A DNA stretch of 64,000 nucleotides from contig CAWFQB010000005.1 in assembly GCA_963817895.1 (NCBI GenBank), forward strand, positions 320,001-384,000. Reading direction: 5' to 3'. Origin of the DNA: an uncultured Chthonomonadaceae bacterium. GTDB lineage: Bacteria > Armatimonadota > Chthonomonadetes > Chthonomonadales > Chthonomonadaceae. Position 1 is the stretch's first letter; each line of letters opens with the position of its first letter. Both the position numbers and the translations under genes were made by a program. The notes beneath the pieces were generated by a model. It ran no database searches and was not told the origin of the DNA. It worked only from the letters and a program-made list of their open reading frames with translations. Positions 1 through 10,135 of the stretch are shown piece after piece.

Positions 1-142
1 CAACCAGAATGTCGGCGGCATGGATTTTACCAATGATGGCAGTGGCGTAGGCGGCGTAAATTTTGGTGACACGGCAGCCGGAGTGGGCGGCGTGGATTTC
101 GCAGGTAATGCCGACTTTGCGGCGGGGCAGGATGTATCCTGA
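1..142 (+). CDS. 3' end of a truncated hypothetical protein with a 12-aa VGG(M/V)(D/N)F repeat
   Basis: The frame starting at base 2 reads NQNVGGMDFTNDGSGVGGVNFGDTAAGVGGVDFAGNADFAAGQDVS and stops at TGA 140-142. Confidence 0.55.
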   Translation, partial: NQNVGGMDFTNDGSGVGGVNFGDTAAGVGGVDFAGNADFAAGQDVS

Positions 143-166
143 GAGACAATATACAGGGAGGCAACT

Positions 167-871
167 ATGATCCATACTTCCTTATTAGGAATCGGCCTTT
201 ATACTATGCCGGAGGCAGCCCGTCTCCTGCGCGTTGATTCTCGTACCCTGCGGCGTTGGGCGGAGGGGTATTCTCAAGTTTCACAGATAAGCAGACGTGC
301 CGCCGACCCTGTAATCCATCGCGACCTTGTCTCTCTTGAAGGAGAGGCTCTATTGACATTTACGGATTTGCTGGAATTGTACATGGTGGCCCTGTTTCGC
401 AGTGAGAACGTCAGCCTGCAAACAATCCGGGCTGCCGCCGACAAAGCGGCGCGGCTTTTTGATACCAATCACCCCTTTGTGGTGAAACAATTTGAAACGG
501 ATGGGCGGCATATATTTGCCACCTTAGAGGAGGAGGGTATTGCAGGGCTGACGCAACAGCAAATGATTGCTGATCTAAATCTGAGCCAAATGGTCATTGC
601 CAGTATTGTGCGTCCCTTTTTCCGCAGGATTGAATTTCAGGACTCTGAACCTATTCGTTACTGGCCGATGGACAGGGAGGGGCGCGTGGTACTCGACCCT
701 CAACGCGCCTTTGGAAAGCCGATTGACGCGCTCACCGGCGTTCCAACCGCCGCTCTTTATGCAATGGCGCGCAACGGCGAACCTTTTCAAAGCGTTGCGG
801 ACTGGTACGAGATTGACGTTGAGGCCGTAGAAGCCGCTGTAAATTTTGAACACTCCTTGAAGGCGGCATGA
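167..871 (+). CDS. Antitoxin, HTH + DUF433 (VapB45-like)
   Basis: N-terminal HTH (YTMPEAARLL..TLRRW) and C-terminal DUF433-like segment (VVLDPQRAFGKP..VADWYEI). GGAGG RBS; overlaps the next gene (ATGA). Confidence 0.8.
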   Translation: MIHTSLLGIGLYTMPEAARLLRVDSRTLRRWAEGYSQVSQISRRAADPVIHRDLVSLEGEALLTFTDLLELYMVALFRSENVSLQTIRAAADKAARLFDTNHPFVVKQFETDGRHIFATLEEEGIAGLTQQQMIADLNLSQMVIASIVRPFFRRIEFQDSEPIRYWPMDREGRVVLDPQRAFGKPIDALTGVPTAALYAMARNGEPFQSVADWYEIDVEAVEAAVNFEHSLKAA

Positions 872-1248
872 CCTACTTTTTCGATAATAATATCTCACCG
901 AAATTGGTCGGCATTCTCAAGCTGCTTGACGTGGACGTATTGCATTTGAAAGACGTTTTTCCTGAAAACGAGAAGGATGTAGATTGGCTGCCACGCGCCG
1001 GGGAAGAAGGTTGGATAGTTGTCACTGTTGACCATGCTATTCGTCACAGAGCAGCAGAGTACGAGGCGCTGAAACGAAGCCGCGTCACCGTGCTGTTCCT
1101 GGCAAAAGGATTTTTGAAACGTACCAGGTGGCTGCAAGCGCAATGGCTTGTAAGCAAGTGGCCCAAAATTGAGGAGCAAGCCCAAAAGCTCCGACCTGGA
1201 ACCCTTATGGAAGTGAATGACAACGAAAAATTTGTTCCATTCGCGTAG
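868..1248 (+). CDS. PIN-like toxin (VapC45/DUF5615 family)
   Basis: Motifs YFFDNNIS, KDVDWL, GWIVVTVD; translationally coupled to the antitoxin. Confidence 0.8.
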   Translation: MTYFFDNNISPKLVGILKLLDVDVLHLKDVFPENEKDVDWLPRAGEEGWIVVTVDHAIRHRAAEYEALKRSRVTVLFLAKGFLKRTRWLQAQWLVSKWPKIEEQAQKLRPGTLMEVNDNEKFVPFA

Positions 1249-1284
1249 TCTGTTTGTGTTTGTGGCGCAGAATGGAGTTCTCTT

Positions 1285-2370
1285 ATGACGCGGCGACCTC
1301 GCCTGCTGTTTTATGCCGTGAACGGGTTGGGATTGGGACATGTCACGCGCTTGATCGCTATTGCCCGTCAGGTTCGGCGACAGGTTCCCGAAGCGGAAAT
1401 CGTGTTTTTGACCTCGTCCGAGGCCGAAAGCGTGATTTACCGGGAAGGCTTTGCCGCGTTCAAAGTGCCTTCCAAAACCCTGCGCGCGGAAGCCAATATT
1501 CGCCCCGCCACGTATGCCCGCCTGCTGCAAACCCTTGTTCTCAACCTTGTGGCCGCGTTCAACCCGCATGTGCTGATTGTGGATACATTTCCCGCCGGTG
1601 TGATTCAGGAACTGCTGCCTGTCTTGCGGTGGGACGGGCGCAAGGTATTTGTGTACCGGGCGCAGCGGCTGGAAATCGCCCACTCGCCCCTGATGCAGAA
1701 CACGCTGCAACTGTATCACCTTGCCATTGTGCCGCACTATGAGAATGAGGAAGACACGCCCCTCCCCGATGGCCTGCCCGCCGTATGGACAGGGCCGATT
1801 CTGATACGGGATCGAAGCGAGGCTAAATCTCGCGAAGACGCCCGCCGGATACTGAACCTGCCTTTGGACATTCCCATTGTCTACATCACGTTCGGCGGGG
1901 GCGGGGATAAAGAGATGAACCGCGCCCTGCATCTGGCAACGGACGCGCTTGCCGGTTTAACGAATGTGCATCTCGCGGTCGCCTGCGCGCCTTTATATCG
2001 AGGCGATATGCCGCGCTCTGCGAATATTACCCTCGTGGATTACTACCCGATGGCTGAATTATACGCCGCTTTTGACGCCGCTATCTCCGCGACAGGCTAT
2101 AACACCACGATGGAACTGCTGCATCATGGCGTACCCACCGCGTTTATCCCCTTTGCACGACAGGTAGACGATCAGGAGGCCCGCGCCCGCCACATTGCCG
2201 CTGTCGGAGCCGGATTGCTGCTGCCCATTCTGGAAGCCGAACCCTTGCGCAACGCGGTGACGCGCCTGCTGGATTCGGAAGTCGCCGGGGAAATGCGCCT
2301 TGCTGCTCAGGAACTGGTTCCCGACAGCGGAGCCGAACGCGCCGCAACAGCGATATTGAACTTGCTTTGA
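1285..2370 (+). CDS. GT-B glycosyltransferase (GT28 C-terminal-like)
   Basis: Motifs NGLGLGHVTR, TFGGGG, AISATGYNT..E, DDQEARA. Confidence 0.8.
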   Translation: MTRRPRLLFYAVNGLGLGHVTRLIAIARQVRRQVPEAEIVFLTSSEAESVIYREGFAAFKVPSKTLRAEANIRPATYARLLQTLVLNLVAAFNPHVLIVDTFPAGVIQELLPVLRWDGRKVFVYRAQRLEIAHSPLMQNTLQLYHLAIVPHYENEEDTPLPDGLPAVWTGPILIRDRSEAKSREDARRILNLPLDIPIVYITFGGGGDKEMNRALHLATDALAGLTNVHLAVACAPLYRGDMPRSANITLVDYYPMAELYAAFDAAISATGYNTTMELLHHGVPTAFIPFARQVDDQEARARHIAAVGAGLLLPILEAEPLRNAVTRLLDSEVAGEMRLAAQELVPDSGAERAATAILNLL

Positions 2371-2393
2371 ACTTATTTGAAGTTGGAGTTGAT

Positions 2394-3158
2394 TCAGGGT
2401 TGAAGTTTGCGGAGGAGGGCGGCGAGTCGTTCGGGGTCGTCGCGGAGCAGAACGGCGAGTTGCTTGCCCGCCCGCACCAGAAAGGCGAATTCGTGGTCAC
2501 GGCACTCATAAATATGGAACAGGCAGGCGGCAAGCAGTTCGTCGGGGTGAACTTCCGAAGAGGCGGACAGCATCTGGCGGACGAAATCGGGGGTTTCGGA
2601 AAGGGCGCGAGTTTCCAGACAATCGCAGGCTTCTACAAACGCATGTAGGCGCGGCGGGAAGGGCGGCAGGCCGGGACGAACGCGCCCGTTGCGCACATAG
2701 CCGAAGGGAATGGCAATAAACTCAGTTGCCAGCAGATCGAATATCTGCGGCTGTTCCCGTTGCAGCGCGTCCTCTTCCAGCCCATAGGCCGAAGCGCGGC
2801 GACCCAAATCCGCGCTTCCGGTCGAGGACGCGCAAACCAGAGCGTATAAAGTCTGTTCGGGAACGCCCGCGTCCAAAGACGCGATAGGCGTGGCAGGCGG
2901 ATCGGCAAACGGGTCTTCATCCTCCCTTAATGCCGCAGACGAGGAGGACGGCAGCCCGTTGGAACCGGGCGCAGTTGTAACAGGCGCGGCGTGGGCAAGC
3001 GCGGCGGGTACGCGGGTTCCGGGCGGCATCACCTTTACGAACGTGCCAAGCGCGGGCGGCTGATGCAGGCGCGTTCGCGGGCATTGCGCCACAAAACGGG
3101 TGGTGCTCGCCTCGATGATTTCACCGACTCTGCCGGAGGAAAGGAGTGAATCTGGCAT
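2394..3158 (-). CDS. HAS-barrel domain protein
   Basis: VGEIIEASTTRFVAQC..PPALGTFVKV and PPFPPRLHAFV resemble the HAS-barrel proteins normally linked to HerA/NurA. Confidence 0.65.
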   Translation of the reverse strand: MPDSLLSSGRVGEIIEASTTRFVAQCPRTRLHQPPALGTFVKVMPPGTRVPAALAHAAPVTTAPGSNGLPSSSSAALREDEDPFADPPATPIASLDAGVPEQTLYALVCASSTGSADLGRRASAYGLEEDALQREQPQIFDLLATEFIAIPFGYVRNGRVRPGLPPFPPRLHAFVEACDCLETRALSETPDFVRQMLSASSEVHPDELLAACLFHIYECRDHEFAFLVRAGKQLAVLLRDDPERLAALLRKLQP

Positions 3159-3166
3159 AAAAGCGT

Positions 3167-3820
3167 TCAGGGATGTATCGTAATAACAGAGTGCGCCGGA
3201 ATAGCAGGCATGTCGGCGGGAAACGACAGGTTGTGAGCGCGCTGATAAAAGGAAGCCCGCTTTGCGGATTGCGCTTTCACTGTGTCGCCCGCATCGTTCA
3301 CCACTTGCGCGTGTGGCAGATAATGAATGTCGGCAACAGACTTCGCCCCGCCCGCGTTGCGCAGTTCGCCGATTTTGCGCGGCGCCGAGCCGATAAACGT
3401 CTCATACAAATCTATGTCGCAGTTTTCGCCCAGGCAGTCTTTCGCTTCGCGCCACGCGGACAGGGCGATACGATCCATGTTCCAGGGTTCCAGACGGGCG
3501 GGACACATCAGCTTGATGCGATTACGCGCGTGACTAATCTCCTCAAAGCGGGCGCGGACGGCCATTTTTGGCTCGTGCATACGAAAACGCTCCGTAAACC
3601 GTTCGGCGAACAAATCCTGGCGCTGTGCCGAAGTCATGGGCGGCTTATCCCCCGCATGGGCGGCAATCTCCTGATGAATGGCGGCAGGAACCGGCGACTG
3701 CATCAGGGCGGCGTCCATCGGATCCGCCTCGGCGTCATGGAGGGACGCGCAGTACGCGCAGAACATGGCGACGCTTACCACTCCCATTATGCCAGGAAAC
3801 CAGATTTGTTTCATTCTCAC
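3167..3820 (-). CDS. Hypothetical exported protein
   Basis: 217-aa ORF with a hydrophobic N-terminus and a GAGGAG RBS; co-oriented with the HAS-barrel gene. Confidence 0.55.
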   Translation of the reverse strand: MRMKQIWFPGIMGVVSVAMFCAYCASLHDAEADPMDAALMQSPVPAAIHQEIAAHAGDKPPMTSAQRQDLFAERFTERFRMHEPKMAVRARFEEISHARNRIKLMCPARLEPWNMDRIALSAWREAKDCLGENCDIDLYETFIGSAPRKIGELRNAGGAKSVADIHYLPHAQVVNDAGDTVKAQSAKRASFYQRAHNLSFPADMPAIPAHSVITIHP

Positions 3821-4194
3821 GCTCCTCTATGTGAAGCCCGTTAAGCCCGATACCCCCAACAGCACAGCGCAGTATACTCATATTGTACGCGATTGCCCCG
3901 CAATGCTATTCAATTTATCGGGAGGGGCGCGAAATTCCTGCGTCTTTTTTATAAAATATTGAAAAATAGTTGTGGCGCAAACGCCCGCAAACCGGGAACA
4001 AACCATCGTTCCGGGCCGTCTTCTACACCTAAGCGAACAGTTCGCTTTTTGCTGCCCCTCCCTTTCGATGTTTTCAGGCGGCAGCCACCCTTATAGCCTC
4101 CGCCACCTCGTGACATTCCGTTTTGTTTTTCTCACGCGGGGCGCTGAACGCCGTTCCCACCGGAACGCAACCGCATTATCAGGAGAAATCGCGA

Positions 4195-4512
4195 ATGGCA
4201 CGAAAAGCATCACCCACCCAACCGTCACAAGCCCCCGCTGAGATGGAAACCGACAGCAACGAACAGGGATCGGAACACGGAGGGCGCGGCTGGCACGGTA
4301 ACCCCGAAGGCCACGCTTCCGCAGGGCGCAAAGGCGGCGCGAAAGTGTCTCAGGACCGCGAACACATGGCTGAAATCGGCAAAAAAGGCGGCTCCCGCGT
4401 GGCGCAGGACCGCGAACACATGGCTGAAATCGGGCGCAAGGGCGGCGCGAAGGTGTCGCAGGATCGCCAGCACATGGCCGAAATCGGCAAAAAAGGCGGC
4501 GAAAGCCGTTAG
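4195..4512 (+). CDS. KGG-repeat general stress protein (GsiB/Em-like)
   Basis: Three repeats of QDR(E/Q)HMAEIG(K/R)KGG; AGGAGA RBS before ATG 4195. Confidence 0.85.
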   Translation: MARKASPTQPSQAPAEMETDSNEQGSEHGGRGWHGNPEGHASAGRKGGAKVSQDREHMAEIGKKGGSRVAQDREHMAEIGRKGGAKVSQDRQHMAEIGKKGGESR

Positions 4513-4521
4513 GAATTATTC

Positions 4522-4566
4522 ACCACCCGCCTGTGTCTCTGTGTCTCTAGCCGCAGGCAGGTGGTT
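4522..4566. repeat. Truncated octamer-arm element (CTCTGTGT units), related to 15664-15811
   Basis: ACCACCCGCCTG..TGTCTCTGTGTCTCTAG..CAGGCAGGTGGTT; contains the aat stop codon. Confidence 0.75.
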
Positions 4567-5149
4567 CGTTAAATTTACAGGGCAGGCGGAGGGCGCGGCG
4601 CAGGCGGTCGTAATACTGGCGGTGCGGGATTTCGATTGCGCCCAGGCTTTGCAGGTGCGGCGTCAGGTATTGCACATCCAACAGCGTGAAGCCCCGCTCA
4701 TTCAAATGTGATACTAGAGCGTGAAGGGCCACTTTGGAAGCGTCCGTTTCCCGGTGGAACATGCTTTCCGCCATAAACGCGCCGCCCAGACTCACTCCAT
4801 ACGTTCCCCCGACAAGCTGCCCATTGCGCCAGGTTTCCACACAGTGCGCTTTGCCCATGCGGTGCAGTTCTCCATACAGGGCGATGAACTCTTCCGAAAT
4901 CCACGTTCCCTCTTCCCGGTCGGCGCAACCGCGCATCACGCCCTCAAAGTCCGTATCCACGCGCGTCTCAAACACGCCCTGCCGAATGGTTCTGGCAAGC
5001 GAACGCGACGTGTGAAATCCGTCCAGCGGCATAATCGTACGCGGGTCGGGCATGTACCAGCGCAGTTCGTCAATGTCGTCGTGGTACATCGGAAAGATGC
5101 CCCGACGGTACGCGAATTCAATTCCGGCAGGCGTGAAGGTTAGGAACAT
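4547..5149 (-). CDS. aat: Leucyl/phenylalanyl-tRNA--protein transferase
   Basis: Motifs AYRRGIFPM, AHCVETW..LVGGTYGV, FMAESMF..TDASKVAL, LDVQYLTPHL. Confidence 0.93.
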   Translation of the reverse strand: MFLTFTPAGIEFAYRRGIFPMYHDDIDELRWYMPDPRTIMPLDGFHTSRSLARTIRQGVFETRVDTDFEGVMRGCADREEGTWISEEFIALYGELHRMGKAHCVETWRNGQLVGGTYGVSLGGAFMAESMFHRETDASKVALHALVSHLNERGFTLLDVQYLTPHLQSLGAIEIPHRQYYDRLRRALRLPCKFNEPPACG

Positions 5150-5162
5150 GGCAGGTAGGGAT

Positions 5163-5229
5163 GAGATACGAGATACGAGATACGAGTAAAAACTAGAGCC
5201 TCGTATCTCGTATCTCGTATCTTGTATCT
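5163..5229. repeat. Palindromic heptamer-array element (GAGATAC)n / (GTATCTC)n
   Basis: Left arm 5163-5186, 13-nt spacer, right arm 5200-5229. Confidence 0.9.
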
Positions 5230-5566
5230 AAATCAAACAAACCGGCAGCGTGAACGTCCCATCGGCATTGGGCGGGAAGGGGACGGTTTGGGTGACGGCG
5301 GATGTGTTCAATGGGCCGTAGATGTGCGGGTAGGTGCCGCCATTGGCCGCGAGTTCATATTTGATTTCGGATTGTACCTGATGGGCATCAATGACAAGCA
5401 GAATGAGATTGGTTTGTCCGTGAAAGAAATTTATGGCCGTCTTCGCCGCCTGCGCGGGCGTGGAACAGTGGATAAAGCCTTCGGTGTCTAAACTTGCCGC
5501 GCGGTACTCCCCGCTCGTCTGCGCGGTTTGCCAGTCTTCAGGCGTACAAATATGCAGCAGCGTCAT
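5228..5566 (-). CDS. DUF952 domain protein
   Basis: Motifs SLDTEGFIHCST and YPHIYGPLN. Confidence 0.9.
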   Translation of the reverse strand: MTLLHICTPEDWQTAQTSGEYRAASLDTEGFIHCSTPAQAAKTAINFFHGQTNLILLVIDAHQVQSEIKYELAANGGTYPHIYGPLNTSAVTQTVPFPPNADGTFTLPVCLI

Positions 5567-5782
5567 ACGTTCTCCCTGTTGTTTGCGCTTGTTGAAATTA
5601 TATACGCCTGTGTTTACGCGCTTGTCGCGTCCGGCGCGTTAAATATCCGAGGGTTATTAAGGTGACGGCGCGTTTATGGCGCGCGTCCATGCAGGAATCA
5701 TCCCTGCGCAAGCGCAATACTGTACTATTCTACACTGCTTTTCAAAATTGTTCCAAAACTGTTTTCAAGGGAGTTTGTCTCG

Positions 5783-8700
5783 ATGTTGATTGGACTTTCC
5801 GCTTTGCTGCTACATGCCATGCCTGTGGCGCGTCTTCATGCCGCGCCCCGCGCCGATATGCGCGTTGCAAATCTGCGCTGCGAGTATCTGCCGAACCCGC
5901 TTGCGATTGAAACCACGCGCCCGCGTTTGTACTGGACGCTTGAGTCGAAACAGCGCAATCAGACGCAGTCGGCGTATCAGATTCTGGTGGCAAGCGCGCC
6001 CGAAGAACTGAAAGCCGACCGGGGAGATTTGTGGGACAGCGGCAAAGTTGTGTCCGACCAGTCCATTCACGTCGCGTATAACGGGAAGCCGCTCCATTCC
6101 GGGCAGGCCGCGTGGTGGAAAGTGAAAACCTGGGACAAACAGGGGCGCGAGTCGGCGTTCAGTTCGCCCGCGCATTGGGAAATGGGCATGTTGTCGCCGG
6201 GGGATTGGAAAGCGCAATGGATCGGGATGCCCGCGTCTGCCGCTGCCAACAACGCGAATATCTGGCAGAACGCGAAATGGATATGGTATCCCGAAGGCAA
6301 CCCGCGCCAATCGGCTCCGGCAGGAAACCGCTTGTTCCTGCGCTCTTTTCCGATACGCGCGAACGCGACCGTAGCAAAAGCGGAACTCATCGGGATTGTG
6401 GACAACTCTTTCGAGGCGTTCGTCAATGGCAAGCGCGTTGGTTCGCAGTCCGGCTGGCAATCCCCCGCCCGCATAGACATTAAAGACAGGCTGAAGCCGG
6501 GTGACAATACCGTCGCCCTTGTCGCCAACAACACGGATGGGCCGGCGGGCCTTGCGGCTGTGGTTTCCATTACCTACGCGGACGGCAACGTAACTCGCGT
6601 CGCTACCGGTAAAGACTGGCAGGCAAGTAAGGACGAGGCGAAACCCAGCAGTTCCGCAAGCGCGACTGCCGCCCTGCTTCCCGCGATGGAAATCGCCAAC
6701 ATCGGGGACGCGCCCTGGGGGATGCCGGGAGGAACGGCGATAGACCGTCCTGCCCCCTATCTGCGCAAAACTTTTACCGTTGGCAAGCCCCTGCGTTCCG
6801 CCCGCGTGTACGCGACCGCGCAGGGATTGTACAAACTCAGTTTCAACGGCAAGCCTGTCAGTCAGGATATTTTCCGCCCCGGCTGGACGGATTACAACAA
6901 GCGCATTCAGTACCAGACGTATGATGTGACCCATCTGCTGCAATCCGGCAACAATGCGGTTGGCGTTGTATTGGGTGACGGCTGGTTCTGCGGGCATGTC
7001 GGATTGACGGGCGGCAACAACTACGGGACGCAGCCCCGCGCCTTTGTCCAACTGCATCTCACCTACACGGATGGCACATCCGAAACCGTCGTTTCCGATG
7101 GCTCGTGGAAAGCCGCAAATGGCCCCATACTGCGCGACGACCTGCTGGACGGCGAAACCTACGACGCTCGCAAAGAAATGCCCGGCTGGAATACGGCGGA
7201 GTTCGATGACCATTCGTGGCAGCAGGCAGAGGAAGAAAAGGAGAAAAGGAGAAGAGGAGAAGAGGAGACAAATCTCTCCACTCTCCACTCTCCACTCTCC
7301 ACTCTCCTCGTGAGCCAGCCTGACCAATCAGTTGAGAAGGTGGAGGAGTTGAAGGCGCGGAGCGTGGCGGAAAAACCGAAGAGCGCGTATGTGTTCGATC
7401 TGGGGCAGAACATGGTGGGATGGGCGCGGATTAAGGTAAAGGCGGAAGCGGGAACGGTTGTCCGGGTCCGGTTTGCCGAAATGCTCAACCCCGATGGCAC
7501 GATTTATACCACGAACCTGCGCGGGGCGAAGGCGACGGACTATTATACGTGCCGGGGCGGGGGAAATGTGGAAACGTGGGAGCCGTCGTTCACCTTTCAC
7601 GGCTTCCGGTATGTGGAATTGACGGGATTGGACAGTAAACCGGGATTGGATGCCGTGACGGGAGTGGTGATTACGTCCGCAACCCCTCCGGCGGGAACCT
7701 TCGCGTGTTCCAGCCCGCTTGTCAACCAATTGCAGCACAACATCGTGTGGGGACAGCGGGGCAACTATCTGGAAGTGCCGACGGATTGCCCGCAGCGCGA
7801 CGAGCGATTGGGATGGATGGGCGACGCGCAGATTTTCGTTCGCACCGCCACGTACAACAGCGACATTGCCGCGTTTATGACCAAGTGGACACAGGACGTG
7901 GTGGACGCGCAATCGCCGGACGGAGGATTTTCGGACGTGACGCCACGCATGGGCGACAGGTCGGACGGCGCTCCTGCCTGGGGCGACGCGGGCGTTATCG
8001 TGCCCTGGACGATTTACCGCTGCTACGGCGACACGCGACTGGTGGCGGAGCGTTACCCGGCCATGCAAAAGTGGATCGAATACATCCGCTCCGCCAATCC
8101 CGATTTCATCTGGCGCAAACGGGCCAACAACAATTTCGGCGACTGGCTCAACGTGCAGTCCGACACGCCCCGCGAAATTCTGGCGACCGCGTACTTCGCG
8201 TATGACACCAAACTGATGGCGCAGATGGCGCGGGCAATTGGCAGGGAAGAGGACGCGAAACAGTACGAAGCGTTGTTCGCCAACATTAAAGCCGCGTTCA
8301 ATCGGGAGTTCGTCGGGGTGGACGGCAGAATCAAGAGCGACACGCAGACGGCGTATGTGCTTGCTCTGCGGTTCGGATTGCTGCCGGAAGCAAAGCGCGA
8401 AATCGCCGCCCGGTATCTCGTGGACGACATCGTAAACAAGCGCAAGGGTCATTTATCTACCGGGTTTTTGGGAGTCGGGTATTTGACCCCAACCCTGACG
8501 CAGACCGGGCATCTGGATGTGGCGTATCGCCTGCTCAACAATGACACGTATCCGTCATGGGGCTATTCCATCCGGCAGGGCGCGACGACAATCTGGGAAC
8601 GCTGGGACGGCTGGACGGAAACCAAAGGCTTTCAAGACCCTGGCATGAACAGTTTCAACCACTATTCGCTTGGTTCGGTTGGGGAATGGATGTATGCCAG

Positions 8701-9067
8701 TGTGGCGGGTATTGACCTCGACCCCACGCAGCCCGCGTACAAGCACAGCGTTCTGCATCCGCATCCCGGCGGCGGCCTGACGTATGCCCGCGCCACGTAT
8801 GACAGCATACACGGGCGCATCATCAGCGATTGGAAACTGGAAAACGGCCAGTTCGCGTACCGCATCACGGTCCCCGCCAACACGACCGCAACGGTTTACG
8901 TGCCTGCGTCCACTGCCGAACAGGTGATGGAGAGCGGCAAACCGGCGGGCAAAGCGGAGGGCGTAACATTCGTTCGCATGGAAAACAACTGCGCTGTCTA
9001 CGAAGTCGGGTCAGGAGTTTATACATTCACCGCGCCCCAAACTGCCGACAGCCTTGCGCAACGCTAA
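5783..9067 (+). CDS. Alpha-L-rhamnosidase, GH78, secreted
   Basis: Motifs VFDLGQNMVG, FTFHGFRYVE, PTDCPQRDERLGWMGD, GATTIWERW, MNSFNHY; signal peptide. Confidence 0.93.
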   Translation: MLIGLSALLLHAMPVARLHAAPRADMRVANLRCEYLPNPLAIETTRPRLYWTLESKQRNQTQSAYQILVASAPEELKADRGDLWDSGKVVSDQSIHVAYNGKPLHSGQAAWWKVKTWDKQGRESAFSSPAHWEMGMLSPGDWKAQWIGMPASAAANNANIWQNAKWIWYPEGNPRQSAPAGNRLFLRSFPIRANATVAKAELIGIVDNSFEAFVNGKRVGSQSGWQSPARIDIKDRLKPGDNTVALVANNTDGPAGLAAVVSITYADGNVTRVATGKDWQASKDEAKPSSSASATAALLPAMEIANIGDAPWGMPGGTAIDRPAPYLRKTFTVGKPLRSARVYATAQGLYKLSFNGKPVSQDIFRPGWTDYNKRIQYQTYDVTHLLQSGNNAVGVVLGDGWFCGHVGLTGGNNYGTQPRAFVQLHLTYTDGTSETVVSDGSWKAANGPILRDDLLDGETYDARKEMPGWNTAEFDDHSWQQAEEEKEKRRRGEEETNLSTLHSPLSTLLVSQPDQSVEKVEELKARSVAEKPKSAYVFDLGQNMVGWARIKVKAEAGTVVRVRFAEMLNPDGTIYTTNLRGAKATDYYTCRGGGNVETWEPSFTFHGFRYVELTGLDSKPGLDAVTGVVITSATPPAGTFACSSPLVNQLQHNIVWGQRGNYLEVPTDCPQRDERLGWMGDAQIFVRTATYNSDIAAFMTKWTQDVVDAQSPDGGFSDVTPRMGDRSDGAPAWGDAGVIVPWTIYRCYGDTRLVAERYPAMQKWIEYIRSANPDFIWRKRANNNFGDWLNVQSDTPREILATAYFAYDTKLMAQMARAIGREEDAKQYEALFANIKAAFNREFVGVDGRIKSDTQTAYVLALRFGLLPEAKREIAARYLVDDIVNKRKGHLSTGFLGVGYLTPTLTQTGHLDVAYRLLNNDTYPSWGYSIRQGATTIWERWDGWTETKGFQDPGMNSFNHYSLGSVGEWMYASVAGIDLDPTQPAYKHSVLHPHPGGGLTYARATYDSIHGRIISDWKLENGQFAYRITVPANTTATVYVPASTAEQVMESGKPAGKAEGVTFVRMENNCAVYEVGSGVYTFTAPQTADSLAQR
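7229..7308 (+). repeat. In-frame repeat element in the GH78 gene: (GGAGAARA)n + (CTCTCCA)n
   Basis: Translates as EEEKEKRRRGEEETNLSTLHSPLSTL. Confidence 0.88.
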
Positions 9068-9331
9068 ATGAGACAGTAATGGAAAATAAGCGCTGAACAC
9101 CCGGTACCTACCTGTTGCGTTGCACGCTCGCTTTCGGGAACCTTTTGCGGACGGCTTGCGTCACACGCGCAGTTAGCTCTGACGCTGACTGAAAAGATGT
9201 GTTTTACCCGACGCCTGAAACTAAAGCCGCCGTTTTCGTTTTGTCGCGTCGGTTTGCGTGATCCACTCTGCATGTTAATCAAGAACACCCTGCGCGGCAG
9301 GCGCGAACCTGCGCGACAGGAGGAGAAAACC

Positions 9332-9790
9332 ATGAGCGACAATACGATTCGACAGGATGAAGTGGTCAATGAAATCCACAATGATACCCATCACGACGCC
9401 AAAGTGGGCGGCGAACTCGGTGGCATTGGCGGAGCCGTGACAGGATTGGCGGCGGGCGCGGTGGCCGGACCGGTGGGCGCGATTGTGGGCGCGGTGATCG
9501 GCGGCGTGGCGGGCGCGCTTGGCAGCGCGGCAGCTGTGGACGCGGTTGACAAGATTGACGACGATACCACTATCTCCGGGCTGGGCCATCACACAACGGC
9601 CACTATTGGCGGCGCGGCAGACAATGTTGCCGACCATGTGACGCACCCCGCCGGATACGTTCCAGGCGTTCAAACGGGTGGCCATGCCATTGATGGCTCC
9701 GGCGCTGCCGATACGCGCGGCGTCATGGAGAAGGCGGCGGACACCATCACCGGCGACCATATTGACGACAAGACCGGACGACCGGTTTAG
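9332..9790 (+). CDS. Glycine-zipper hydrophilic hypothetical protein
   Basis: GGIGGAVTGLAAGAVAGPVGAIVGAVIGG; AGGAGGAG RBS before ATG 9332. Confidence 0.75.
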   Translation: MSDNTIRQDEVVNEIHNDTHHDAKVGGELGGIGGAVTGLAAGAVAGPVGAIVGAVIGGVAGALGSAAAVDAVDKIDDDTTISGLGHHTTATIGGAADNVADHVTHPAGYVPGVQTGGHAIDGSGAADTRGVMEKAADTITGDHIDDKTGRPV

Positions 9791-10007
9791 GTGTCAGGTG
9801 TTGGGTATCAGGTGTCAGGGAGAACTAATTGTATCAAGTTGAGTCTGTGATTTGCAACAGCGCAGTCCCTGACACCTGATATCAACACCTAATACCTGCA
9901 TCTCACAACAGGCCATTCTTGTATCCACAGGAATGGCCTGTTTGTTTGCCGGTTTATGTAGAAAGTTTTGTGTAAGGCGCATACCCAACACCCAATACCT
10001 GACACCC
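9789..10007. repeat. Palindromic heptamer-array element (CAGGTGT)n with an extra right arm
   Basis: Left arm 9789-9821, right arm 9866-9899, further ACCCAAY/ACCTGAC units at 9983-10007. Confidence 0.85.
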
Positions 10008-10065
10008 AAACCTCGAATTTACCCTTTCCCCGTAACTTGCGCCCCTCCCGTTCGTCATAAAAAGT

Positions 10066-10095
10066 GTGACATTCCCGTTTCGGAGAGAGTATAAT
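10066..10095 (+). promoter_or_regulatory. Putative sigma70 promoter of the exporter operon
   Basis: GTGACA-18 nt-TATAAT, 40 nt upstream of ATG 10136. Confidence 0.5.
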
Positions 10096-10135
10096 ACTTT
10101 ATACGTGTAAACCTTTTTGATGTTCAGGAGATAGA

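Noticed and set aside
4325..4505. About 60-nt direct repeats resembling a CRISPR array
   Set aside because: They are in-frame coding repeats of the KGG stress protein, with no unique spacers and no cas genes.
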